From: Amoebidium appalachense
Lineage: Eukaryota; Protista; Ichthyosporea
Length of the DNA stretch: 64,000 nucleotides
Assembly (NCBI GenBank): GCA_963693365.1
Contig: CAVNZM010000002.1
Span: 13,797,615 to 13,861,614, forward strand
Reading direction: 5' to 3'
Every line of letters starts with the position of its first letter. The first letter of the stretch is position 1. The notes under the pieces were generated by a model. That model was not told where the DNA came from. It searched no databases and saw nothing but the letters and a program-made list of their open reading frames with translations. Position numbers and translations under genes: made by a program. Below are positions 1 to 39,367 of the stretch, piece by piece.

Positions 1-331
1 GCAGAGAGGAGAGGGGATGAGGGGGTGGTGTGTGTTTGTCATGTGTAAGGAATGGTGCTTTTTGCGGAGGGGGGAGGGGGGGGGGGGGGGGGGAGGGGGG
101 CTAATATGACTGGATAGATGTGTGTTTGGGTTGGGGTAGGGGAAATGGTGTACGAAAGTGGTTGGTTTGTATGACGTGGAGGGGGGGGGAGGGGGAGGGG
201 AGGGGGGTGAGTGTGAGGCCTTGTATGTGTGTGGGGGGGGGGGGGGAGGGGGTTGGATGGAGGCGGGTTGTGCGGAAGAAACCGGGTTTATGAAGTCGAA
301 TTCCGACGTAGCTAACGGTACTTTGCTGCAG

Positions 332-7662
<7,331 letters not shown>

Positions 7663-8546
7663 TTTGTTTTCTTCATGTTGTTTCATTGTAGAAGGTTTAT
7701 CTCCCCCCTTCAGCTTCTTTTCTTGTGAAAATTTTGGGATTTGATTTTAGATTTGTTTGGAATGTTAACTAAAGTGTTGGCTGGAAATTTGCATGTGTTG
7801 GTGACTCTACTACGGTCCTGGGTTGTGGAATGTTTTTTAGTTTGCAATTGCACATGTACAGTTGGGTTTTCACATAGCGCATACACATGGCTGGTATAAA
7901 AGGATTTATAGTTATAGCAACTTCTGGGACCACACCCCTCTCTCTTATGCAGACACGACTTTAATATCTTAATGCAAAACACCAAAAGTATGCACCGCCA
8001 CACACGTGGCATTATAGACACAAACAGGCATGTATACACGTACATTCATACACATCACAAACAATCATTTTTCCCGCTTATTTTCTTGAGGTTGTGCTGG
8101 TTAGACGTATATATGCGGATATAGAGTATAGTTACTATTCTGTGATGTATGTATGACGTTCTTTCATTACCTTGTGCACACTAGGCTTAGCCTAGACTGG
8201 GACATGTGATTCCATCCATACACTGTCAGATGAGATCAAGATTGTACACTTCTAGAGCTAGCTAGCCTGTGGTGTAATGGTTGAATAAATGTGTAATGTG
8301 CTTTACTAAAAACTACGCTGCTGGTCAGCTGAAAGAAAATCGGCTGTTACATTCGTACACGTATGCACATCACATACAGCCAAACCCTGGGTGATGAATA
8401 GCACATGGACATGTCGCATTCATCCCTCCCCCCCCCCCCCCCCCCCCCCCACCCCAAAAAAAAAAAAAAAAAAGAAAGAAAAAAAAAGTGTGTGTGTATA
8501 TGTGTGTGTGTCACGGTGTGTCTGTGTAGAGGGGTGTGGTGGTGGT

Positions 8547-8577
<31 letters not shown>

Positions 8578-9537
8578 GGGGGAGGTGGAGGGAGGAGGGG
8601 CAGGCTTCGAATTCACCTTGTTAAGATCAAAAGCCATCTTTCTTTTGCATGCAATTGCACAATGTGAGAGACTGCATGCAGCATGGACTCGTCAGCAGGT
8701 TTGAGTTTTGATGTGCACGTGCACAATCCTCAGTTCTTCACGTGCACCACGTTGGGCAGGGAGTATTAGTGGTTGTGGGGTGGCCTGAGTGGGTGGGTGG
8801 GTGGTGGCCATGGTAGACCAGGTGCACTGGTGGCGGTGGCGGTGGTGTGTACACACACGTGTACACGTGTGTGTGTGTGTTTGGGGGGGGGGGGGGAGGG
8901 AGGGAGGGGGAGGATTTTTTAAACGTAATTGCACGAGGTAGCCAGCTTTTGTTGCCCGACGGGGTCTTTAACAATCAATTTCTTATTGATTTTCTGCTTT
9001 CCCCGGCGCCCCCCACCCCCCAACTCACGTTTGTGCCATGGGATGTGTGTGTGTGCGCATGTGGTTTGGGAAGAGTTTGCGCCCCCCGGGAGGGAGAGGG
9101 AGAAGGAATGAAGGGTGGGATTCTGAGGGTGCAAGGCCTGGGGAGGCCCTGAGAGAGAGAAAGAGGGGGGGGGTGATGGGGGGGGGGGGGGGGGGGGGTT
9201 AAGAGAAAGAGGAGGGGGAAGAGGGAGAGGGAGAGATTGGTAGGAGTCGACGGCCCCCGGGGGGCAAGGGGGGTGGAGGGGGGGGGGGGGGGGAGGTATA
9301 TCCAAGGGCTTGTGTGCAAGAGCAGAATTCAATGGTTCATTACTACATATTTGGGTGCCAAGGCAAGGCTCCAGACCCTACCAGGCTACACAGTTATTCC
9401 ACAGGTGCCCTAAAAACGGGATACCCCCCCCCCCCCCCCCCCCCCCCCTCCCCCCCCCCTCTTCCCCGCCCACCTACCCACTCACAACCGCCCACTGTGA
9501 ACCGTTGGCACTTGACACCCCCCCCCCCCTCCCCCCC

Positions 9538-9577
<40 letters not shown>

Positions 9578-9823
9578 ACCACACACACACACACACACAC
9601 ACACAAAAAAAAAAATGCACACATGCTGGCTTCTCTGGCAGAGCCACTTCACACTAAGGAAATCATGCCAACCTGAAAATCTCGATGATCTGCACAATGT
9701 GGCTTTCTATTGCACTATATTCTGCACAAATTTTGCGCAACGTTGGGGGGGGAGTGAGGAGTCAACACCATCAAATACGCATGTACTACCCATCAGTGTT
9801 ATGCAGTACACTGTAAACGGTCT

Positions 9824-10839
9824 CTAGAACACAAGCGCTGGGTCTACCTTCACAAGTTTGACTTGGTCGTTGTTGCTATAAAGGTTGACATGGACATAAA
9901 GCTGGCAGTTGGGAATGGTCATCGTGAATGTCTGGACGCCCAGTCGGGCCACCCTCATACTGAGTGTGGAGTTGTTGCGGTCTATTTTTAGGACCACACG
10001 GTCCCCTTGCTGGAACCCAGTCCACCCCTGGTCTCCTGATGTAGCGTTGCCGGCCTTGAAAATCCGAGAGCCGCAGGCCCACCCGTATGCCCCGCCATCG
10101 CAGTAGCTTTTGTCATTTGCTGGGGCGGACATATCTAAAAGGCCCAAAAACACCCAGTTAACGTTGCCGAAAAAAATCTCCAGTTGCACGTAGCTCGTGT
10201 CTGTAGCAGGCAAAGCCGGCATGGCAATGGCGTATTTGTTCCCGGAGCTTCTAGTAGTGTTCTTAGCGGACTTGCCCCCTGATCCAACAGCCAATCCACT
10301 CGAGGAAAAGGTAGAAAACTTGTACTTTGGTGCCAAAACCTTGGGTTCGTGCTCACTTAGGAGTGTTGTGAGACGATGCAAGTTGTAGAGATCAGCATCC
10401 TTGCGAATTCGTGCGTTTCTTCCTTCGATAGGAGTGACAGGTCCAGCTCGCCCTCTCGCAGAAAATTAAGCACATGACGAAAGGCAGTAGGGTCACGGTC
10501 CACAAACGCAGCGCCGTCTGGGCCTACTTGCTGTTCCCATCGTCCAGACACGAGGGCATCGAAGTAGCTGCCAGGTTGGCTGCGCAGTGTGGAGATGGAC
10601 GTGGCGAAATATGCGCCGCCGATGTTGAGCTTGACGGGGTTAGACAGTTGGGTCTGCTGTAGTTTCATCGCTGACTCTGCCCATGCTCTCTGTTCTCCCT
10701 CAAGCTTCTCTCGTCCCACCGAGAGACCCTCTAGTAGCAGCTGGATTGACTCGGCAAGCGCCTGTGCGTTGCTCTGGACTCGGGCCTCGAGGATCACTAG
10801 GCCTTCTTCAGCCTTTTCGACGAAATGTGGCTCAGCCAT
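9824..10839 (-). CDS. Intronless coiled-coil + KCTD-type BTB/POZ + SPRY-like protein with one 1-nt frameshift near 10400 (pseudogene or sequencing error)
   Basis: VKLNIGGAYFATSISTL...FVDRDPTAFRHVLNFLREG is a KCTD BTB domain. Adding one base gives EF-x-K/R-DADLYNL and runs into ORF 9824-10381, which is SPRY-like (WVFLGLL, YGWACG, GDRVVLKID, LYVHVNL). Confidence 0.8.
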
Positions 10840-11340
10840 CTTCTTGAAACACAGTCGTGCCTTTTACGTTCGGTTTTCCAGTATCATAGATCGAAGGCTT
10901 GACCGGGGCTCTGCTCGCTGCTCTGCTCAAGTGCACACGAAGAAACACGAACAGACTACCCCACAATGATCTGATTCGCTAAAGCAATAGTTTAGCAAGA
11001 TTGGATTGGATGATAGAACAATACCGGCGGCTAATTCGCTAAACATCATGGGCGGATCTAGGCGTTATTTGGAAATGGCGGGAAACTTGGCACATGGATG
11101 GCCATCTAGAAGTGTTTCTAGATGGCCGTGATCATGACTAATTCGAGTTCTCTATTGTAAGTTCGAGTGAGCTCGAGTGAGCGAGTGCATGGGGCCTTTG
11201 AAATGAGACCATTCGCAACGCAAAGCTGAGAGAGCGCGCCACGCACGCACGTGCACGCACGCACGCACGCACACACAAAAAACCGTGGCACACACACATA
11301 AACACACACATTCACACGTGCACACACACAAACACACGAG

Positions 11341-12186
<846 letters not shown>

Positions 12187-12956
12187 AACGTTAAAATCTA
12201 TGTTTTATCATTACCCGGAGGTCATTCCCCCTCCTCCGTCTCCCTTGGCTGATGGCTCGACTATTCGACTTGGCGAAGTCAGGTGGTTTCTTGGCTTTGA
12301 ATTATAATGGCTCAGTCGAGTCAAGTCCACACGTGTAAACCCTGCGGTCAGGGACCCTGCTCTGCTTGCAATGGAGCAAACAAGCCAGCACGTGACTCCA
12401 GCGAGAACAACTCTTAAAAGTTTCTTGCCGAACAGCATATTGCTGCAGGATCCTACATGATTAATATGCTTAGCAATAGTCATAAAGAAAATGGGTTTCT
12501 ATGAAGTTTTCTATGACCAGCCAAAAAAATCGGAATATGCCCCCCCCCCTCACACACACAAAGACACACACACCAAACACTGAGCAGAAACATGGATACG
12601 CGAAAAACCGTACAAATGAAACGCACCACATGCACGAGTGCCTCCCCCCTCCCCCCCCTTCTCCAACAGGATGAGTAATAATGACAGCCACGATTGTTTG
12701 GGAGTTTTCCCACGCCAACACCCAGCCCACACTTCAAGGTTAACGTACCAATTCAAGACTTCGCTTCAAACGATCACACAAAAGGTGGCACATCCACCCA
12801 CACCTGCACCCCAGTCAAGAACCCCCTTTTTTTAGCCATCAGGCCAATAACTTTACTTTCGCACACGCCACGGGCGCACACTTTGCTGCGCATACTCCCG
12901 TGCATGTGTTTTATTCCACACGGCACACGCACCAAGCATATTCGATACGGGGACAT

Positions 12957-13358
12957 TTAGGCCAGGCCAAGGGACTCAGGGGTGTCAATGCCGTGCTTGT
13001 CAAGGGTCGGCTTCAACTGCTGCACGAGGTAGTCGTAGTCGGACTTGCTCTCCGCCTGTCAAGGATGAATGGACAACGGTTAGCATGGTTCAGAAGATAG
13101 GTGTAGATGCGTACAAAAACCAACCAGCTGCCCAAGCACACCAAGGTACAAGTAGACAAAGCCCTTTATGTGCAAACCGCATGCACAGCCCCCTCTTCCC
13201 ATTCAGCAAAGTACAGACACGTGAGAAAGCAGGTGGGGCGGCAGAGAAGGGGGGGTGGTCAAGCGGTAGCATAGTTTGTGCCTGTGCCTGTGCAGAAAGA
13301 GTTGTATAGGTGGCTGGTGTATTCTCCCTATCTTGTTGTGTGTGTGTGTGTGTGTGTT

Positions 13359-13389
<31 letters not shown>

Positions 13390-13526
13390 GGGGGGTAGAA
13401 GCGGAACACAGTAAGAGGCACAACTAAACAGGGAGAAAAAAGATGCAAAGACAAATGAAACCATACACTCACGTACGTAACAGCAGCAACACGCGCAGTA
13501 TACAACAGAAGAGGAGGAGGAGGAAG

Positions 13527-13582
<56 letters not shown>

Positions 13583-15607
13583 AGAAAGATACACAGCTCA
13601 GGACAAAAAAGTTTATCAAGAACCGACCTGCAGAAAGTGCACCATAACCAGGCCATAAACAATCTGCCTCAAAAGAACTCGCTCTCTCTTTCAGATACGA
13701 AGAAGAAACGAAAAAATAAAGCCTTTCTCTCTCATTCACTCCCCCCCCCCCCCCCCCCCCCCCAAACATACCTATTTCTGAAGAAACAAACGAAAAGACA
13801 CACACACCCCCCCTCTCCCTCCGAAGGAAAAACACACATGCGTATGGGTACCCATGCTATTTATTCAACACAACTCTGTACAGCATACCAACAAAGCCAC
13901 GATCCCAACCCATGCCAACACGCCCCAAACTCCACATGCACGGACACATCCATGCTGCATGCAAACCAGTCTTCAACATACCGCCATGCCATGCCCCACA
14001 CGACCCCGTTCTAAGGCAAAGAGATCCTCATGTAGCCGCGCACAAATAAATGCGTGCATTAGTACTTCCGCCAACAAATATGTGCACACACGTCCTTCGC
14101 ATCACCCATCCACCCACACTCGCTCTCACTCGGCTTGTCCAAATAAAAAAGAGCAAAAACGACATCATCTACAGACTTTAACAAAAAAGAAAAGACCAAC
14201 CCACCTTCTCGCGAAGGGCCTCCAGAATACGCACACCCGTGGCGTAGCAGTTCAGGCGCCGGCAGGCATCGAGGGCAGAGCTGACGATCTCGGGCTCGGG
14301 CACAAGATCGTGGGAGAAAACGTCGTTCAGGCCGCGGTGAAGGCTCGACATGCTGAGCTTATCATCGGCAAAGAACTCCACCCACTTCTTGTTCCATGAG
14401 GGACCATAGTGCTCGTGGTGGGCCATGCCGCGCACGGGCATCACTGCAACCAAAAAAGAAACAAGAACAGGAATGGTTAGCTCTCTCTCTCTCTGGTCCA
14501 CAACAGAAAGGGTAGGGAAAGAAACAAAGATTGAATGCAAACCCTTCAAAACATGCCAGCAAGAGGGATGCTTTGTTATGCCAAAGAACAGCAAGCTCCT
14601 TGCCACAGATAATCGTAACAGGCAACATCCCATCGAAGTCCACAACACAGGTAGAAAAAGGTGCTCGTCACAATATTACACATACTCTTGCGCACCCATG
14701 CATTCATTCCAGGAAAAAATCAACACCCCGGAAAAATTCTGCACAGACAAAGACGTCCCCTCCTCTCCTCCCCCCAGGCCAACCTCCTCCCCTCCACAAC
14801 CTTGTTTCACTGCACGTTTCTGCAAACGAATTAATTTCGAGAAAAAAAAACAAACATCTGGGCCACTACACGTGCATGGACCTCTCCCCCTTCCTCCAGT
14901 ACATGCTCCTCCCCCACACACATGGAAACATGCCCCACAGTTGCAGGTGTATGAAATCCCACGTGAGGAACACACCACACGTGCAACCGTGCACGGAAAG
15001 CTGGTATAAACAAGATTGAAAAGCCATCATCGGTCTACTTTCTCCATAATAATGATCAAAACTGCTCCCTGGATTATGCTGTGTGTAAATGATGAAAAAG
15101 ACTGTTACGTTCTGAACCGTGCCAAACCGGTACTACAAAAACACTTTGCAAACGTTCCGTTGTGCCTTGAGATGTGTGGTTATGTGCTGTTGTGATTAAA
15201 AAAAACATGTGTTTGTCCTAGCGCAGCCTATATATTCAGAAACGTCAGTCGCAGAATCACCGTTTGTGGGATTGAAGTGCAAGGGACGTGTAGTATGATG
15301 ATTGAAGATGGCCTTAGATGTTCGACTTCAAAACGTGGCTTTCGTAAAGCTCCCGTCCGGAGAACGTCGTTGGGAAAAACCACAACGAGATTTGCAATTC
15401 CTCCTACAAACTAACTCCACTACCTACACAGTAACCCAACACTTGTCCTACAACATGGAAAAAACCAAAACGACGAAAACGTGGGCTCCAGTTGCCCCTC
15501 CCTCTCTGTGAGGAGAACCGGTAAACCTGTCTGGCCCACATACCGGCAATGGCGCGCATAGCGGGCGCCAGAGTTGGCAGCAACATGCGTCCCCGGGCAA
15601 GAGCCAT
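12957..15607 (-). CDS. COX5A: Cytochrome c oxidase subunit 5A (yeast Cox6 family). Exons 15607-15544, 14443-14205, 13055-12957
   Basis: Transit-peptide-like MALARGRMLLPTLAPAMRAIA, then LHRGLNDVFSHDLVPEPEIVSSALDACRRLNCYATGVRILEALREK and YDYLVQQLKPTLDKHGIDTPESLGLA*; GT-AG introns in matching phase. Confidence 0.95.
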
Positions 15608-16436
15608 CTTTGCGTTTTCTTCGGACCTAACCGGGCGTAGAAAAACTAAACTCGAGCGCGCCTGAACGGTGTCGCTGCCAGCCGAAGAAAGCCGCCCCGT
15701 TGCCTGAGTGGAAAAGGCGTGCATGCCCTCCGTTTGCACGCCTCCGGCAGCAAGACGCTTATTGGCTAAAGGTAAACCAGTTTCAAAATAAACAAGCGTG
15801 ATTGGTTACTTGTAAAGCAAGCCAAACCTTTTTCCTTTTTGGTAAAGATTTTCCAGCAAAATCGACCCCCGCAGTGGCTCCAAAATTATGCCGGCATAAA
15901 ATGGCCATGTAGATGCATGTGCAGTTATGCCGGCATAAGCATGCGTTTGCGCAATTTTTATTTGATCTATTCAAAAACGCGAAGCCCTACATGTATATGT
16001 AGGCAAGTGTGCAAGTCTGCAACTGAGTGGAGTGCAGCTTCAAGAGACTTTGGTCGTGACAGAACGCCCACCAATAAACGTGATGTAGGAGTATAGTGGT
16101 GATGATATGGTAGTAATAACGCAAATATTGCTTGTTATGATGCCAGTTCTTACGCCAGTCGATTAACAGTTCTGATGTGGTGAAAGTCTTGGCATCAGAT
16201 TTTATCGAGGCCTGGAAGCATGTTATGTACTTGACAGAGTAGGTCGGCATCGTAGATCAGTTTCTCACACAGGCTGAAGGTTCACCAGCATCTCAGCCAA
16301 CCTCATGAATATTTTCTGGTCCTGGTTCTGCACTATTGTTTAGGACAAAAGACGCCCTACAAATAGATCATTATCAAGTTGATCAGGATTGCTTTAGCAT
16401 CCAACTTTATGTTGCTCAGAGGGCCAGCCAGAAAGC
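15608..16436. promoter_or_regulatory. Divergent (head-to-head) promoter region of COX5A and FKBP15
   Basis: Two start codons face outward about 830 bp apart; the region is free of microsatellites; inverted CCAAT (ATTGG) at about 15761 and 15801; palindrome TTATGCCGGCATAA occurs twice. Confidence 0.55.
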
Positions 16437-35030
<18,594 letters not shown>

Positions 35031-35801
35031 CGTAGATACTGTTACGATACAAGCTAAGTCTTTTAATCTGATAAAGCGAAGGGAGCCCTTACGTAGTGTC
35101 ACACAGTGACTTATTGGGTTTGGTGTTGGGAAATCAACCATAGAATTGGTCGGTGAATGGCAGCCATACTTGACAGGGTCACGTTGAAAAAGAAATAGTG
35201 TAGTTTCCACTTGTCCAGTTGGCCACACTTGACGCCTTCTCTGCCGCATTTCGGACGCACCCCTCCACTTCCCGCCTCCCTGCACACAACACCTGGCCTC
35301 ATCGACTTTCTTCATAACATCGTGACTATCTAAACGGCTCAATTATGTTTCCAATACTTGCACACCCACGTTACATACATACTTCCACCTACCCAACCTT
35401 GTCATTAATTAGTAACGGGCCTCTTCTTCTTCTTCTTCTTCTTCTTTTTTTTTTTTTTTTTTTTATGGGGGGGGGGGGGAAGGGGGGGGGGGGCTGGCTG
35501 TTTCTTGTCACGGTATGCATAGTTGTGTGATTGGTGGTGTTCATTTTGTTTTGGTTCGACATAGCAAATAGCGGTGACACTGTAGTAAATAACCATTAAC
35601 TTAGGGGTAATACTATGTGCAACAGATTCTGTACATCTATGTACATACCCATGAGACCCATGTCCTGCCACCGGATTGGCCAGCGGGAGTGGCCAATAAA
35701 AGTGCAATGATCCCCCTCTTATAGATTGGCCAACATGGATTGCAGTGTAAATGATAGGACACTTGTGTGGGTGTCTTGTTGTGGTGCGCGCGCACACGGT
35801 A

Positions 35802-35838
<37 letters not shown>

Positions 35839-36786
35839 GGGGGGGGGGGGGGGAGGGAGTGGGGGAGTAGGTGTTCTTTTTGTGAGCCAATTTTCTAAAA
35901 CGTGGCCATGACTCAGTTGTGCATTCCTGCCATGCACAGGTGCATCATGTACCCCCCCCCCCCACCCCCACCCCCTACGCATGCACATCCGTGCACAATT
36001 ATGTTGTCATGGATTTGTACGTTGTGTTGTGCACCGCATTGTGAACCCGACCCAATCGCCCAACCCACCCACCCCACCCACCCCTACCCACCCTTTGTTT
36101 ATGTTTTTCGTTTTTCCCCATTTCCTTTTTCTTTTTTGTGCATGTGATAGCGTGTAGTGTGGGTGTGGCGTGAGGCACCAGAAGATAATGCATGGCAAAG
36201 GTCTGGGCCGGAGTGAGCAGCTTCAGGTAGAGTGAGCTTTATTGAGTAGCTTTCCGGAGGGCTAATGTATATTGATGACGCTCTTTTCAGGGGGGAGGGG
36301 GGAGAGGGGGGGAGGGAGGATTCCGGTCCGGGAGAGGAGGGGGGGGGGGAAGGTGGGGTCATGAGGGGTTGAGGGAGGGGGGGGGGGGGGGGAGGGGGGG
36401 GCAAAGGTGTGAAGGGTATTTCACACTGCAGAATGCGACAATTTATGCGCCGGGGAGGTGGGGAGGGGGGGGGTATGATGAATGACTTACAATATAGTGA
36501 AGACCAAGGAACTAAGTTAAAGGGCACTCTCAGAGAAGGCAGCAATTTTGTGCATATGCATGGCTCAGTCGCAGACTGGTTGGAAGGAAAAAGGGAAACG
36601 GGTGTTCACACACCTGTAGGAAGGGAAGGGAGGGAGGGAGAAGAAAGGTAGGGGTGGGTGGGGGGGTGGGGGGAGGGGGGGGGGGGGGGGGGGGGGGGAG
36701 GTCTCCGGCCAGAAAACAATCTGAGCGAGTAATTTAAAAGAGACCAACTATATATACTGAACACGAAGGGACTGACATTTTTTTTT

Positions 36787-36838
<52 letters not shown>

Positions 36839-36840
<2 letters not shown>

Positions 36841-37805
36841 CGTCCTACGCAACCTATACCGCTTCACAGATCCGACGTTACGCGACCTCCTTACGCGCTT
36901 CCGACTAAGGCAAACAACACCCGAAGACGTTCACGTCTTGCAAGATCGCATCGTCGCCAACCTCACACTCCAAGACCCAAAATGGCAAACCGCTATCTTC
37001 ATCACCAGAGAGAACATCATTCGAAACAAAATCAATGTCATGGCGGCACTCAAGCACGCATCCCAAACCGGTCAAACTCTATACATCGCCCCTGCTGACC
37101 TCCAACAACCACACAACCGCCCCATTCCACGAGGGCACCTCCGACGAATCATGGCCCTCCCCGACAACAAGACCGCCCAGCGACCGACACTGTTCCTGGG
37201 CTTACTCAACAACTTCGAGTACGTACTCAACGTCAACACACACACTGAACTCGGCTACAACAACGGCACGCACATCACCCTCACCCACATCCAACCGAAC
37301 GCGCCCGACCAAGCAGTGCAAGCACATCCATACGTCATTTTCGGATACACGGTCAACGCGATCTTGCTTTCCCATCCCCCAGACTTCGTCATCATGACAC
37401 CAGCAACCAACGTCCCGCCTACCCACTCTCAACTTCAAGGATTGGCCCCTAACGAAATCCCCCTCTACCCATCCAAAGAATACTTTACATATTCTAAAAC
37501 AACCCTCAGCATTACACAAGTCCCCATTTCACCGGCACGCTGTCTTACGGACTACAAAAGCCAAGGTTTAAGCTTCAACGGCCTAGTCATCTGCGACATC
37601 ACAGGCGCCAACTACCACTCCGTCTACACCCAGCTCAGCCGGGTCCGTACCCTAGACAACCTTGCCATTCTACGCAAATTCAACCCCCAGACTCTAACTG
37701 CAGGACCGCCCGACTCACTCATCGAAACCGATCGAACTCTCTTCGCACTCGAACAAACCACTCTCAACACATGGGAGACGCGATCAACCATCGCCAACCA
37801 CATAC
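36839..37805 (+). pseudogene. Helitron PIF1-like helicase, C-terminal half
   Basis: YRFTDPTLRDLLTRFR..TPEDVHVL; NTHTELGYNNGT; PARCLTDYKSQGLSF; YTQLSRVRTLDNLAILRKF. Confidence 0.88.
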
Positions 37806-37909
37806 GTGTTGGATAATGGGCCCTTAGTACTCCAAAAGTGTCGGGGGGCGAGGAAAACGGCAACCCATTATGATAGCTTCTCTTTGCCTCGAGTAAACAG
37901 CGTAAACCC
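37806..37909. mobile_element. 104-bp insertion with a 12-bp target-site duplication
   Basis: CCAACCACATAC at 37794-37805 and 37910-37921; removing the insert plus one copy restores a single reading frame. Confidence 0.8.
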
Positions 37910-37921
37910 CCAACCACATAC

Positions 37922-38670
37922 CAATCGACCGCACCAATATCCCCCTTCCACCATCCGAGTCCACATCGACAACATCACAGCCCAACACAACTGCACATCA
38001 TTCCAAACCACAACAACAACACATCCACACCAACCCACACACATCACAACAACTCCCAACAGCCACTGCCAACACCCTCCTCGTAAACAACATTCCCATG
38101 CGACGCATCTTCAACGCCGGTGGCGGCAACTGCTTTTTCCTCGCCGTCGCACACCCACGCCACCGTTCCGTCACCGACATCCGCCAGGCAATAAACAACA
38201 ACGACGAACAAGTCCTCACCCGACTTCAACACATCCTACGCCAACACGCATTGACCCTCACCTCCACAGGTGAAGACAGAACGGTCGCGGAAGCCATATT
38301 CAATCCTCACATGTTGAGCCTATCACAACGCTTCAGGGACCCAACAACACCTGCTCATCAACGGTACCAAATCGACCAGGACATTGAAGCGGCATTTTCT
38401 ACAGCCAAAATAGACCTCCACAACAGCGGATACGAACCCTACTTAACCACAATCCAAAACGAAACGGTATACATCACACACGAAGAAATCGAACTTTTTC
38501 TCCACATCTACAACACACACCTCGTCATAGTCACGACAGACCTATCAAACGACATTGCCACCAGCCATTATTGACCTCACCAACAAATTGCCAACGACAC
38601 CATCACTCTTTACATGCACACACACGGCGCACAACACTTCGAACGGCTCGAACCACAGCCTCAAACATAA
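37922..38670 (+). pseudogene. Linker plus OTU-like cysteine protease domain of the Helitron, premature TGA at 38572-38574
   Basis: GGGNCFFLAVAH is the OTU catalytic Cys motif; the frame continues past TGA to ITLYMHTHGAQHFERL, the His motif. Confidence 0.75.
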
Positions 38671-38997
38671 TAAAATGATCAATAAACATAAACAAAAGTA
38701 AACCCAATACCGACGTACACTGTGGCATAACCACAAATCCACGTCTTCATCCCCACGCCCCCCGGGTCCCCGCCCCCCCCCCCCCCAAACCTAAACCCCA
38801 ACCCCAACCCCGCCCCCTCCCCCCCCCCCCCCCCCCAAAAAAAAAAAAAAAAAAAAAAAAGGGGGGAACACGCTCCTCCTCCCTCTCATACACTCGCACT
38901 CAACCCTCTCCCACTCAAGCCCCCCGCCTCCGCTTCTCCATGAGTGAGGCAAAGCCCGCCAGGGCGTGCCGCTGCCTAGTTGTTACTTGTTAGTTAC

Positions 38998-39367
38998 AAT
39001 TTTTGAAAATTTGTAGGACTGGGGGGACTGAAAAATGGTAAGCGAGAGCCCTGACTCAGGGGGGACACAGCTCACGCGTTGGGCACGGACTGCTGAGTCT
39101 GACAGCCACGTGTAGGCTATGAACTGCATGAAATCCTGCATCCTACGAAACAGCTAAAATAAATGGCATTTTTTAAGTATAATAAAATGTATATAGAGGT
39201 TTCGCTTGTTACTTGTAGCCTCGTCCAAATTATATTCAATCCATCACAATATCGATTACGTTATCTTTCGGCGATTACGGGTCCTTGCGATTGGCTGCGG
39301 CTCAGAGAGCTGTGACTGAGTACAGCAAAATTTCATGACAAACTTGAGACTAGATATTCTGAGGTTC
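38998..39367 (-). CDS. Two possible internal exons (about 39367-39260 and 39142-38998) of an unidentified minus-strand gene; the Helitron would lie in its next intron
   Basis: AG/GT-bounded open segments in compatible phase (…RNRRKIT|MQDFMQFIAYTWLSDSAVRAQRVSC…); no recognisable motif. Confidence 0.25.

Larger units (their letters stand above)
36839..38979 (+). mobile_element. 5'-truncated Helitron (3' part of RepHel plus OTU domain)
   Basis: PIF1-type helicase C-terminal motifs; canonical 3' end with hairpin GCCC-GCCA-GGGC (38954-38965), then CTAG (38976-38979) followed by T. Confidence 0.85.

Noticed and set aside
12211-12483. Minus-strand ORF with a signal-peptide-like stretch ending at a GTAATG donor
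   Set aside because: No compatible downstream exon could be identified; unsupported
37806-37900. Helitron insert as a GT-AG intron that would rescue the fusion
   Set aside because: Splicing keeps the frame but meets TAA at 37903 immediately
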